This document shows, piece by piece, positions 14,598 through 28,757 of a stretch of 64,000 nucleotides of DNA (position 1 is the first letter of the stretch; each line of letters begins with the position of its first letter). Made by a program: the position numbers and the translations under genes. This DNA is from Octopus vulgaris (taxonomy: Eukaryota). The notes under the pieces were generated by a model that had not been told where the DNA came from, did not search any database, and saw nothing but the letters and a program-made list of their open reading frames with translations. The stretch is from contig OX597830.1 of NCBI GenBank assembly GCA_951406725.2, forward strand, positions 66,774,001-66,838,000, given 5' to 3'.

Positions 14598-14958
14598 TGA
14601 TCAATCCGTCTATCTTTCTATCTATCTCCCTTTTAGGATACAACAACCCACTTTCTCTCCCTGAAAGCATCTCTGACAGCATGCATCTTTTTCTCTCCCT
14701 CCCCCTCTCTCCCCCTCTCCCTCCCTTCCCTCCCTCCCCTCTCTCCCCCTCCTATCTATCTCTCTGTTCTCCAGTATACATTATTGTCTCACTTCTACAA
14801 TGCATTTCTCTCTCTCTCTCTTTCTCTCCTAGTGTGCTTCTTTTTCTCCTAAATATGCATTGCTCTCTCTCTCACTTTCTCTCTTTCTCCAAGTAAGTCC
14901 CTCACCCTTTCTACCTCCCAGTACGCATATAGCTCTCTCTATCTCTCTTTCACTCACA

Positions 14959-14993
<35 letters not shown>

Positions 14994-16044
14994 CACACAC
15001 CTTTTTGTTTGCAGAATCACAAACAGATATTAAACTATACTTACACAAACAAATACACACACACACCAAGGCATGCATATATACACACACACACATTTAT
15101 ATACAGTCGTATGAATAATCATACATACTCACATATGACCCTTAAGTCAGAAAACATGGCCTATATTAGTATATTTAGAAAGAGAACATAATGAATAAAT
15201 ATTTTTGCTGAAGGGTCCCATTCAGAATTTGCTGAGCAAACCTGTAATCAAAGGCATTCCTGCCATGACCATCTTGTTTGTTCCTTTGAGCATTGCATAT
15301 CTAGGAATACATCATTCAATGTATGCTACCCTTTCCAAGATTCTATGGTGTGTAATCTGAGGGAGGTGTTGCTGTTATTTCCAGCAGATTGATTGACAAT
15401 GCTGAAATTGCCTCATTTGTTCAAGTCAAGACCATCTCATTTCGTTTGAGCATTGCTTATCTTGGAATACATCATCCAATGTATGCTTCCTTTTTCGTAA
15501 TGCTACAGTATGTAATTTGGGGGTAGGTGTTGCTGCTATTTCTAGCAGATTGATTGACCATGTGGAAACCCACTCGTGTTCTGGCCAAAACTGTTCTGTT
15601 CTTTTGAGTCAATGTATGCTTCCTTTTTCATGATGTTACAGATAGAGATAAGGTGTTGCTGCTATTTCTGGTGGATTGGTTGACCATGTAGAAGCTCCCT
15701 TATTTTCTTGCTAGTAATAAATATGTATATATTCCATGAATTGGCACCATAAGCCTAATTGGTCGTCTGACATTACATGATCAATGCTATCTTTCGTGGC
15801 TGCCTTAATTGGATACACACATAATCAGTAACTTCCACAAGCTGTCGTCAGTCATGTCTGGCCACCAGAATGGCTACATGGTGAAGAGGTTTGCTTCACG
15901 ACCATGACCACGTGAGAGTCCAGATTTGGCTGCACGTCATGGCATTTTTTTCTGTGAGAGTTTTCTTTCATAGCCTCGGATTGGCTAATATCTAACAAGA
16001 GCAATGTGGTAGACAGAAAAAAAGAAATCTTTTGGCAATTGACT

Positions 16045-16170
16045 ATCATCATTATCACCATCATCATCATCACCATCATCATCATGATAATCATCATCAT
16101 AATCATCATCATCATCACCATCATCATCATAATCATCATCACCATCATCATCATCATCATCATCATAATC

Positions 16171-16202
<32 letters not shown>

Positions 16203-16242
16203 CATAATCATCATCATAATCATCATCATCATCATCATAATC

Positions 16243-16274
<32 letters not shown>

Positions 16275-16319
16275 CATAATCATCATCATAATCATCATCA
16301 TCATCATCATCATCATCAT

Positions 16320-16358
<39 letters not shown>

Positions 16359-16482
16359 AATCATCATCATAATCATCATCATCATCATCATAATCATCAT
16401 CATCATCACCATCATCATCATAATCATCATAATCATCATCATAATCATCATCACCATCATCATCATCATCATCATCATAATC

Positions 16483-16514
<32 letters not shown>

Positions 16515-16643
16515 CATAATCATCATCATAATCATCATCACCATCATCATAATCATCATCATCATCACCATCATCATCATAATCATCATAATCATCATCA
16601 TCATCATCATAATCATCATCATAATCATCATCATCATCATCAT

Positions 16644-16682
<39 letters not shown>

Positions 16683-16758
16683 AATCATCATCATAATCAT
16701 CATCATCATCATCATAATCATCATCATCATCATCATCATCATAATCATCATCATAATC

Positions 16759-16790
<32 letters not shown>

Positions 16791-16989
16791 AATCATCATC
16801 ATCACCGTCATCATCATAATCATCATCACCATCATCATCATCATCATCATAATCATCATCATCATCATCACCATCATCACCATCATCATCGTAATCATCA
16901 TCACCATCATCATCATCATCATCATCATCATCATAATCATCATCATCATCGTCATCACCATCATCATCATCATAATCATCATCATAATC

Positions 16990-17021
<32 letters not shown>

Positions 17022-17285
17022 AATCATCATCATCACCGTCATCATCATAATCATCATCATCATCATAATCATCATCATCATCGTCATCATCATCACCATC
17101 ATCATCATCATAATCATCATCATAATCATCATCATCATCACCATCATCATCGTAATCATCATCACCATCATCATCATCATCATAATCATCATCATCACCG
17201 TCATCATCATAATCATCATCATCATCATAATCATCATCATCATCGTCATCATCATCATCATCATCATCGTCATCATCATCATCAT

Positions 17286-17373
<88 letters not shown>

Positions 17374-17395
17374 GTCATTGTCCTTATCATCATTT
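16045..17395. repeat. About 1.35-kb (CAT)n array with CAC/AAT/CGT interruptions
   Basis: Directly visible; source of the poly-His/Ile/Asp/Met ORFs; abuts a family C tail. Confidence 0.97.
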
Positions 17396-17743
17396 AACAT
17401 CAGTTCCATGTATGGTTCAACAAGATCCCATGAGCCAAAGGACTGTATCAAGCCCTGATGTCTGCTTGGTCTGCTCTAGTATCTCTTTCGACATAGTTGT
17501 TTGGCTGGTAGTTCTTCCTAATACCAACCACTTAACAAAGTGCACTGGCTGCTTTGTGTTCTTTTATTTATTTATTTTTTTTTTTTTTGGCACCAGCTTC
17601 AGTAAGGTCACCAGATAATCCACTAGATAATCCTTGATCGAGGCGGGGGTGCCGTACTGAGGGAGGTGGTTTTGTGCCGAGTTCGGCGAGAGGTTAAAGA
17701 AAATGAGATGACAAAAGAACAAACAAGTATGTTACGAAGTTCC

Positions 17744-17830
17744 ATTGGCTTATAGCTGTTTCTGCTATAAGATGCAGTGAGCTCATAGTTGAGTACCTGT
17801 GTAACACTTCGTAGCTTCATCAGAGCCTAT
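17744..17830 (-). ncRNA. Type I hammerhead-ribozyme-like motif (Penelope-associated type)
   Basis: Minus strand: ggct-CTGATGA-a-gcta...tagc-a-GAAA-cagct-ATA-agcc. Stem I ggct/agcc, stem II gcta/tagc, near-palindromic stem III. Confidence 0.55.
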
Positions 17831-18424
17831 TTTGGCACTCAACTATAATATCATGAGATAATCATTTATTCCTTTGTCATCTCATTCTCTTATTAACCCT
17901 CTTTGCTCTACTAACACTTCATTCTGAAACATGTATATTGAGTTCTACACTAAGTTATCGTTAGTCTTGCAATACCTAAGCAAAATATTCTTTGTAAGCC
18001 TAGTACTTACTCTATTGGTCATTCATGACCAAATGGTGTCTTTTTTCTTTTTTCTTTTTACTGTTGTTATGGTGATAAGCTGGCAGAATCTTTAGCCAGT
18101 TGGATCAAAAAGCTTTGCAGTATTTCTTCTAGCATTATGTTCTGAGTTCAAATTCAACTGAGGTCAATTTATCTTTCATCCTTTTTTTTTTTTGTGGTCA
18201 ATAAAATAAGTACTGATTGAATACTGGAGTCAGTATAATTGACTTGCCCCCTCCCTCAAATTTCAGGGCTTGTGCCTATATTAAGAAAAAATTATTATTA
18301 TTGTTATTGCTATTGTTGTTGTTGTTGTTATGGTCATCTTATGGTCAACTAAACCCCAGCCACCCCTAAAAGCACTGGAAAGTTCTGGCCTTGTTCTAAG
18401 AATTAGAAAGAATTATTATTATTG

Positions 18425-18474
<50 letters not shown>

Positions 18475-18490
18475 ATTATTATTATTATTT

Positions 18491-18715
18491 AAGGTGATGA
18501 GCTGGCAGAATCGTTAGCATGCTGGGTGAAATGCTTAGCGGTATTTCGTCTGCCATCACATTCTGAGTTCAAATTCTGCTGAGGTCGACTTAGCCTTTCA
18601 TTCAGGGTCGATTTAATAAGTACCAGTTATGCACTGGGGTCAATGTAATCGACTTAATCCCTTTGTCTGTCCTTGATTGTCCCATCTATGTTTAGCCCCC
18701 TATGGGCAACAAAGA
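18491..18715 (+). mobile_element. tRNA-derived SINE family A (gagctggcagaatcgttagc ... gagttcaaattc ... cctttcatcctttcggggtcg ... aagtaccag)
   Basis: Pol III A/B-box-like head; many near-identical copies, e.g. about 18070, 35190, 35417, 38150, 39465, 47550, 52300, 55140 (+) and 49350, 51661, 52540 (-). Confidence 0.85.
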
Positions 18716-18769
18716 ATATATATATATATATTATTATTATTATTATTTTTATCATTATTATCATTATTA

Positions 18770-18813
<44 letters not shown>

Positions 18814-18880
18814 GTCATCATTATAATTATCATTATTTCATATATGCGCAACAGATTAGCCTGTTGAAAAATAATAGCAA

Positions 18881-18942
<62 letters not shown>

Positions 18943-19252
18943 TTGTTCATTACATTTCAGTTATAATGATTATTCATTTTGGTGAAGTTATTAAAATTTC
19001 AAAGTCATCGTCCTATGAAAAATGTCTATTGGTTTGTAGTGGTAGCAGTGGTGGCGCTACTGGTGCTGGTGGCCAGGCACTAAGTGAAAGTAAACTGTAT
19101 ATCATGATGCAGCCATGATAGTTAAAGATGTGTACTTTAACGTTTCTGTTTTTGAAAGTTCATCATGTGCTTTTCCACAGTTGTTCTTTGAATTTCAATG
19201 AGGAAAGCTTATTTATTTGATTCAGGTTGGTTACAGACTTTGTGAGTATGAG

Positions 19253-19289
<37 letters not shown>

Positions 19290-19659
19290 TGGTTGAAGGT
19301 AGAGATTAAGAGGTAAAGAATAGAAAAAAAAAGAAAGATTATATAGACATGCGTTCACAGGTGTGTTTAGACATAAAATGTACGTTCGAATATGCATTCG
19401 CACATATTAAAACTCACATAAACATGTATGTGTATGTGTGTATATGTAAAATATATATATATATATATATACACACAAACACACACACACACACACATGT
19501 GTGCACACAATTACATCGAACTATACATTCTATCATTGCATGGAAAAATATACGTGTATCCACAACACATGCAAATATAACATATAATTAAATGCATTTG
19601 CATACTGGAGTCTATTTACGAATACTAAAATCCATTTATGCAAATATAAACATATACCT

Positions 19660-19905
<246 letters not shown>

Positions 19906-20063
19906 TCACATTAGCACAAATATACATATATACATGCATGAACATCCATAAGTTCAGACACTCAAATATACACATGACCAACATAAGTTTACTGAAACAC
20001 ACATGTATCCATACACATGCAATCTCGTACATACATACAAATACATGCATATGTAAAATAATA

Positions 20064-20107
<44 letters not shown>

Positions 20108-20193
20108 TATATGTATTTATACATACATATATATATTTATATGTATACATGTATATGTATATCTTTACACATATATTTGCTCATATAATTGTG

Positions 20194-20224
<31 letters not shown>

Positions 20225-20494
20225 GCACACTCACATGTTTGTATATAAATACATATGCAGACTTATTGGAGAAGCAATAAGATTATTCCTGTTCATGCAG
20301 CAAAATTGAAAAGTAGATTTACCCCAAAAAAATTTTTTTTTAATAAATAAATAAAATAAAAAGAACGATAAAAAACTATAATAATAATAATAATGTTATT
20401 TGCTATAAATGTATATATTATTTTATTGGATTTAGTTTTACATTATTTATTTATCTTTCATTATAAACATGTATGTGTATGCACACATATATAC

Positions 20495-20565
<71 letters not shown>

Positions 20566-20572
20566 TATATAA

Positions 20573-20648
<76 letters not shown>

Positions 20649-20747
20649 ATATGTATATATATATGTGTGTGTGTATACATAACTTTTAGCATTTTACATT
20701 ATAATAAAAGCATGATATAACATTGCTGTGAATTCCTATTTTGGAAG

Positions 20748-20810
20748 GCTGTTCATTATTATGAGGTCATTCAGGATATGTACAACGAACAGCGATGTAG
20801 ATGCCCCATG
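20748..20810 (+). CDS. Candidate alternative hinge exon AVHYYEVIQDMYNEQRCRCPM (or 36-nt form from 20775, DMYNEQRCRCPM)
   Basis: Non-repetitive island with acceptors ttttggaag (20747) and cattcag (20774) and donor ATG|gtaaag. Both forms are multiples of 3 and open in phase 0. No homology recognised. Confidence 0.35.
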
Positions 20811-21129
20811 GTAAAGCCAAACACTTTTCTTCTTTTCTACGCTCTTCTTCTTTTTCATCTTCTCCTTCTTCTTACCACTATTCCATAGAACCACTACTCA
20901 AAACTTACCTCTATTTTATCTGCATTCCCTAACAATGCTTAATTTTTTTTTATAATTTTGTTTTTTTATTTTTATAAAATTCTAATACTTTTGTTTTCTT
21001 GGGTTTCCCTTTCTTCTTTTCACTTTTCTTCACTAATTAAACTTAATCGTTCTTCATTTTCTAGAAATGTTTTGTAAAACTTTCTCAGTGGTGGTTTGAC
21101 TGTTGCTAGGCAATATTTGTTAGTCAGTA

Positions 21130-22190
21130 AAGCCGTGAGCTGGCAGAATCGTTAGCATGCTGGACAAAATGCTTAGCGGTATTTCATCTGCCGCTACATT
21201 CAGAGTTCAAATTCCGCTGAGATCAACTTTACCGTTCATCCTTTCAGAGTCAATAAATTGAGTACCAGTTGAGTACTGTGGTCAATGAAATTGACTAGCC
21301 CCCACCCCCAAATTTCAGACCTTGTGTCTATAAAGCAGTGAGCTGGCAGAATCATTAGCATGTCGAGCAAAATGCTTAGTGGTATTTCATCTGCCGCTAC
21401 GTTCTGAGTTCAAATTCTGCCAAGGTCGACTTTGCCTTTCATCCTTTCAGGGTCGATTAAATAAGTACCAGTTACGGTCTGGGGTCGATATAATTGACTT
21501 AATCCGTTTGTCTGTCCATTTTTGTCCTCACTATGTTTAGCCCCTTGTGGGCAGTAGAGAAATAGATATTTCATCTGCTGCTACATTCTGAGTTCAAATT
21601 CCGCTGAGGTCGACTTTGCCTTTCATCCTTTCGGGGTCAATAAATTGAGTACCTGTTGAGTACTGTGGTCAATGAAATTGACTAGCCCCCACCCAAATTT
21701 CAGACCTTGTGTCTATAAAGCAGTGAGCTGGCAGAATCGTTTGCATGCTGGACAAAATGCTTAGCAGCATTTCATGTGTCTTAACGTCCTGAGTTCAAGT
21801 ATTGTCATGGTTGACTTTGCCTTTCACCCTTTCAGGGTTCGATAAAATAAGTAACAGCTGAGCATTAGAGTTGATACAACCAACTTATGACCACCCGACC
21901 CCTAATTGCTGGCTATGTGCCAAAATATGAAACCAATATCATTGAAGGTGGCAAGCTGGCAGAATCTTTAGCACACCAGGCAAACTGCATAATGGCATGT
22001 CATCCATCTTTACGTTCTGAGTTCAAATCCCGCCAAGGTCGACTTTGCATTTCATCCTTTCAGGCTCGACAAAATATGTACCAATTGAGCACGGTGGGGT
22101 CGGTGGTGGTGGTGGTGATGGTGGGTCGATGTAATCGACTTACCCCTCCCCTTCAATTGCTGGCCTTGTGCTAAAATTTGAAACCAACAG
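21130..22190 (+). mobile_element. Head-to-tail cluster of about five SINE family A copies
   Basis: Head gagctggcagaatc recurs at about 21137, 21340, 21725 and 21953, plus a headless copy at about 21566. Confidence 0.85.
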
Positions 22191-22653
22191 TTGTTAGTCA
22201 ATATTTTGTTAGAAGACGTAGGAGTCAGGACTTTTAGTAGATCTTAAATCAATGTTAGTTAATGTCATTGAAAGTGTTATTGTCATATTTACCCCACGGC
22301 TAATCTGTTGGACAGTTTTCTATGGAGAGAAACACTATTTCTTTTTCTCTCCTTACCGATAAATTTTGAGCAAGACTTGACATGCTACAAATTTAAAGCT
22401 TTATTTCAATTTTGTTTAATTTTTGTTGGTGCAGGCATGGCTGTGTGGTTAAGAAGCTTGCTTTGCAACCACATGGTTCCAGGTTCTGTCCCACAGTGTG
22501 GCACCTTAAGCAAGTGTCTTTTATTATAGCCCTTGACTGGCCAATGCTTTGTGAGTGAATTTGGTTAACAGAAACTGTGTGGATATGGATGTGAGTGTGT
22601 GTGTCTGTGTGTATGTCTATGTCTGTATGTATATATTTGTATGTATATATATA

Positions 22654-22696
<43 letters not shown>

Positions 22697-25600
22697 GCGT
22701 ATCTATTTATCCCCACCATCACCTCTTAATAAGCAGTATTGGTTTGTTTATGGCCTCGTAACTTAACAGTTTAGCAAAATAGACTGATAGAGTAAGTACC
22801 AAAAGATTTATTTCAATTCTAAAAGAAGAAAAACTTAGTATTTTTTTTTTACTTGAACAATAGAAATATTTTATTCTCATACTGATTTCTAAACAAGTTC
22901 ACCAATTATTGTTGAAATATCTCTAAAAATCTCAACAGATCACAATATTCTTTAAATATAATTACAATGTACTTGTTTATTGTTGAAAAGAAATATATAT
23001 TTTCTGAGGTGTCTTTGAGAAAATTACCATGATATTTATTCCATTGTAAATAGTTTAGGTCAACATGACTTTGCTTTGGAGTGTCTGATACAGAATCTTT
23101 GTGGCAATTTATGGACTTAGCTGACCAACCTTCTTCACCCCAATCCCCTACAACAGCTATGACTCTCAGCTTAATTTAAATTTTGATTACATGTTCAAAC
23201 CTGTTATTAGTTTGTATCAGTTTTAATGTATGCAAAAATACCTGGCAATAAATTATAGGGCATGTCACCAAACCCCTTTAGTATGAGTTGGAAAATACAA
23301 AATAGTTGATACATACATTAAAATGTAACAGAACCTGAAATTTACTATGTTATGTATGAACAAGTCTGTCATTGAGTGATGTTATTTGAGCAGAATAATA
23401 TCATCATCATCATCATTGTTTAACGTCCGCTTTCCATGCTAGCATGGGTTGGACGATTTGACTGAGGACTGGTGAACCAGATGGCTGCACCAGGCTCCAA
23501 TCTTGATCTGGCAGAGTTTCTACAGCTGGATGCCCTTCCTAATGCCAACCACTCTGAGAGTGTAGTTAGTGCTTTTTACGTGTCACCAGCACAGGGGCCA
23601 GTCAGGCAGTATTGGCAATGTCCTTGCTCGAATGTTTTTTCACGTGCCACCGGCACAAGTGCCAATAAGGTGACGCTAGTAACGATCATGCTCGAATGGT
23701 GCCTTTTACGTACCACAGGCACAGAAGCCAGTTAGCTGCTCTGGCAACGATCACACTCGGATGGTGCTCTGAGTTGTTATATAACACCAGAAGGACTATT
23801 TCCTAAATAAATTTTCAGATTTATTGTACAAGATAGATCACTCCCTTGTAAAGAGTAAAAACCCCCATTGGTCATGAATGATCATGGGATTGCACCTAGA
23901 AAGTTCTCCTCCCAGACACAAGTCCAGGCATGATTGTTTATGGAAGACCAGCAGTCGTCCATGCATACTGGCCTCTCCTTTCCATGCCACTGATGTTGTC
24001 CAAGGGAAAAGCAAAGTGGCTGATGCAGCTTGGCACCAGTAACATCGCAACTCATTTCTACAACTGAGTGAACTGGAGCTACGTGAAATAGAATGCCTTG
24101 CTCAAGAACACAACACAGAGCCCAGTTCGGAAATTGAACTCATTACATCATGATCGTGAGCCCAACGCTCTAACCACTTAAGCCTTAAACTTACCTTCTC
24201 GAGTCATGCTGATTCATAATAATAACAAAAGCATTCAGAGAGCACAAACCTCCACCAAGGCAACATCCATGTCCTCTCAACAATTAGCCAGAGATGTTTT
24301 TTAAAATGAAAATATCTGAAATAAACTCGACTGCTCTCACAAATGAGAATACTAAAAATGAACCTGACGGCTCTCGACAATTAACTAAAAAAATAGGGCA
24401 AATAATCCAGAATTCTTGTTCAGTACCGGATCATGCCAGTCATGAGGCCAAACATCCCTGAAAGTTTCATCAGAATCCATCCAGTGGTTCTTGAGATATC
24501 TTGTCCATGGACAAACAAACAACCACAACTAAAAACAATACCTCCACCTTTGCTAAGGCAGAGGTAATAATAATAAAATTGTGAATAATGAAAGGTGCAT
24601 GTATAGTACATAGAATTATGTACAAGAGTCAGGAAAGTGAACAGTGTATGAGTCATGATATACACGTGTGCATACATATGAAGTAGGTGGGATATCAGGT
24701 GTAGTGTAGAGAAATTCAGGAAGCATGGAGGTTTAAAAGATGCAATGTCTTGGTAGCTAACAACTGATGCAGGTAGTTTGTTCCATGCTTCAGCAACTCT
24801 GAGTTTGAGAAAATGTTTCTGAAAGTCATGGGAGCTGTGCTGTTTTGTGAGCTGGTTTCTAGGTTTTCATGGCGTATAAACACCCCACCTGGATGGGACG
24901 CCAGTCCATCACAGGATTACTCACTTTTGCCAGCTGAGTGAACTGGAGCAACGTGAAATGTAGTGTTTTGCTCAAGAACACAATGCGTCACCCGATCCAG
25001 GGATCGAAACCACTATCTTATGACCATGAGTCCAACACCCTAACCACCAAGCCACTCATCAACACAACAATATTAGCACTCCATGTCTCCCCTTCACAGT
25101 AAACTAACATACTTCATTCATGTACTTTTACTAAATGGATTCTTGCCAAATCTGACCATCACCAGTCTCCTTGGTTATTAGAGAATATGTGTTACATTAT
25201 AACAATTTAGTTGTGAAGAGAAAACACAATACTGTCCTATAACGGATATGATAAACTGGATAGTATAACAATCATTAAGTAGAAAGCCTATCTAACTACA
25301 TAGCACTACATAGCAACTAAAACGGTATTAAATGAAGACCAAGTAATCATGAATTGGCAAGGTGTGATTACACAAGTTTTATTTTCTTTTTTTCAAAGAT
25401 TTTTTTTTTTTTTTGTTAGAATGACTCAGTATATTTGTTATTAAGCACAGTCATCAGATATTTATGAACGACAAGATATCTCTGCTGTAAAGCTGAGCTA
25501 TCAGCAACACTACAATATAAAATGAAGTGTTTTTATAGGTTGATATAGAAGAGGCGAGTTGTCTGGCTGTTTCAAGCTGTTCTGAAATTTCTTTAGTAAA

Positions 25601-25843
25601 AAAAGATTAGATTCGTCATCAACATTTAATGCCAACCATTACCTGTTTCCAAGCAAAGTAATATTTTCATACAGCCAGACGTGCATTTTTTTTTTCTTTC
25701 TTGTAAGACTGGAAACAAACATTTCTTGTGTATGATGGTGATACTTGTTTACAATCATCACATGATGTCAGGACAATGCAGCATACAAAGACACACATGA
25801 ATTCATTTATATATATACTTATATATAAATATATATATACATG

Positions 25844-25914
<71 letters not shown>

Positions 25915-25944
25915 TATATATATATGTATATACATATATATATG

Positions 25945-26002
<58 letters not shown>

Positions 26003-26217
26003 TTATTTGTTTCAGTCATTTGACTGCAAGGGTTTTAGTGAAACAAATCGACCCCCAGGGCTTATTTATTAAGCCTAGTACTTATTCTATCAGTCTTTTT
26101 GCTGTACCGCTAAGTTGCAGGGTTGTAGGCACACCAGTGTTGGTTGTCAAGCAGTGATTGGGGTACAAATACAAACACACAGATATGCGCAGATAGATAC
26201 ACACACACACACACACA

Positions 26218-26261
<44 letters not shown>

Positions 26262-26813
26262 GCTTCTTACAGTTTCTGTCTACCAAATCCACTCACAAGG
26301 CCATTCAAGACCTCTAATTATAATTTATTCACTGTTTTTAAGAGATTCATTAGACTGTCCCCTGTTGCCCATACTTTTACAAAGAGAGGTTTCACTGATT
26401 AAATTCATGTGCTGAGGTTATGGGTTCAAATTTCATCACAGACATACAATTGTTAAAGTGGGAAGAGGTACTTATTCTATTGGTCTCTTTTGCCGAACTG
26501 CTAAGTTATGGGAACGTAAACACACTAGCATTGGTTGTCAAACGATGTTGGGGGGACAAACACAGACACACAAACATATACACACACACATACATACATA
26601 CATATATACATATATACGACGAGGCCATAGTAGAAGACACTTATCCAAGGTGCCACGCAGTGGAACTGAACCTGGAACCATGTGGTTCATAAACAAGCAA
26701 CTTACCACACAGAAATTCTGCTGTATGTTCAATTTGTAAATCCAAAGTTCATCCACCAAAAGATTTAGTTTAATTTAATATCACAGACTCTAGTAGAAAC
26801 CACAAAAAAATTA

Positions 26814-27092
26814 CAGTAATTCCTCACCATATCGCGGTTCATCTATTGCGGTTTATTATTTAAGCTTATACCGATTCCTCTGTGGTGTCGTTTCGCATTT
26901 ATAATAAAATAAATATATACAAATTATAAAAATAATTTTTAAAATCTACAGTACTAAAGGCAGTGCTCTAGCATGGCCACAGTCAAATGGCTGAAACAAA
27001 TAAAAGAATACAATACTGTTTCTACTTTGCGGATTTTCACCTATTACGTGGGGTTTGGAAAAATAACACCCACGATAGTCAAGGGATTACTG
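26814..27092. mobile_element. Tc1/mariner (Tigger-like) MITE
   Basis: TA-CAGTAATTCCTC ... AAGGGATTACTG-TA. Confidence 0.6.
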
Positions 27093-27156
27093 TATACATT
27101 TTTAATTTTAATCAGCTTACACACATTTCAGATATAAAGGTATTACATAATTCCAT

Positions 27157-27316
27157 GATATATTAATCCTGCATGCTAATCAATCCACATTTGATCAAAC
27201 TAGGGTTTTACACTGGAGAGGCTTTGAGAAGGATATGTTTGTGTTATTTTTTTTTAATCTCTATGAAACTCTACATGATCAAATGTGGATTGATTTAAAT
27301 GCAGGATTAATATATC
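27157..27316. repeat. Small inverted repeat / MITE
   Basis: gatatattaatcctgcat...aatcaatccacatttgatca mirrored by tgatcaaatgtggattgatt...atgcaggattaatatatc. Confidence 0.8.
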
Positions 27317-27777
27317 ACAAAATTATGTAATATCTTTATATTTAAAACACACATAAGATGAATCAAAATGTATGATTCTCCATTCATCTGTGTTTTCTTT
27401 GTATACATACATACATGTGTGAGTGTGTGTGTGTGCGTGTGTGCATGTGTGTGTATGTGTGTTTGTCCCTTCCACTCCTTGACAACAGGTGGTTGTTTGC
27501 TTATGGCCTCAATAATTAGAGACTCAGCAAAAGAGACCAATAGAATAAGTAATGAGACTTCAAAACTAAGTACAAGGGCCAATTTGTTTGGCTAAATCTG
27601 TTAAGGAAATGCTCCATCATGGCCACAGTCCACTGACTGGAATATGTAAATGGTAAAAGAAATATAGTTACATAGATTATTTTGTGTGAGTCTGTGTATT
27701 TATATGGTGTATCTTGAATAAGTCATTATTTTTTATAAAGTATTTTCGGTGAGACTGTATCATTATATAGTGTTTTG

Positions 27778-27865
27778 AGTGAGTCTGTATTGTTATATAT
27801 TTCAAGTGAGTCTGTAGAGTTATATATTTCAAGTGAGTCTGTATGGTTATATATTTCAAGTTAGT
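27778..27865. repeat. 27-bp minisatellite
   Basis: tgagtctgtaNNgttatatatttcaag x3 plus degenerate flanking copies. Confidence 0.85.
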
Positions 27866-28288
27866 TTGTATATTTATATAGAGTATTTTCAATGAATATA
27901 GTTACATAGTGTATGTTGAGCAAGTCAGTACATTTACATAGTTTGCTTTTGGGCTGTACATCTCAATCGAAGCCATGACAATGAAAAGGGCCTTAGCAGT
28001 AGAATCAAACAGAACGTTATAGTTTCTTGGTGCTTTACATAGTGGACTGAATTTTGAGATTGTACATAAATGAATAAACTCCACTATATGTATTGAATGG
28101 GTTTCCTTTTGTTTGTAAATCCGAAGGCATGTTTGTGTGTATGCACACCCACACACATACCAGAATGCACACACAAATTCAGATTTATAAACAAAAACGA
28201 AAAAAGCACTAAATCTGTGTAGTAGAATTTATTCACTTATGCAAAACTATCACTACTGAAATACAACAGACCCAGACATGTGACAAGG

Positions 28289-28320
<32 letters not shown>

Positions 28321-28404
28321 TGTTTAACAAGTGGCATCGCAAAACACAAGTGCTTCAGTGGGAACATTCTGTTGCATTTTTCAGTTGCATAACTAATACA
28401 TGTG

Positions 28405-28552
28405 TATATGTATGTATGTATGTATGCATGCATGTATGTATGTATGTATGTATGTATGTATGTATGTATGTATGTATGTATGTATGTATGTATGTATGTA
28501 TGTATGTATGTATGTATGTATGTATGTATGCATGTATGTATGTATGTATGTA
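28405..28552. repeat. (TATG)n microsatellite
   Basis: Directly visible. Confidence 0.95.
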
Positions 28553-28707
28553 TCTGTTATGCTTATATATATGTAAAATGTACATGTATATGTTATTTCC
28601 AAGATACATTTCAAGAATGCTCTAGGAAGCATCATCAGTGAAGTCCCTAAGGTCTTAGGGTGTCTTGGGCCTGTCAGCTGCCAACTACCTTACTCCAATC
28701 ATATGTA

Positions 28708-28757
<50 letters not shown>

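Noticed and set aside
15852-17618. 460-530 aa poly-Met/Asp/Ile/His ORFs
   Set aside because: Translations of a (CAT)n microsatellite; no complexity or splice support
19005-19090. Gly/Ser-rich island SSSYEKCLLVCSGSSGGATGAGGQALSE as a DGK exon
   Set aside because: No phase-0 donor; resembles degenerate (GGT)n low-complexity sequence
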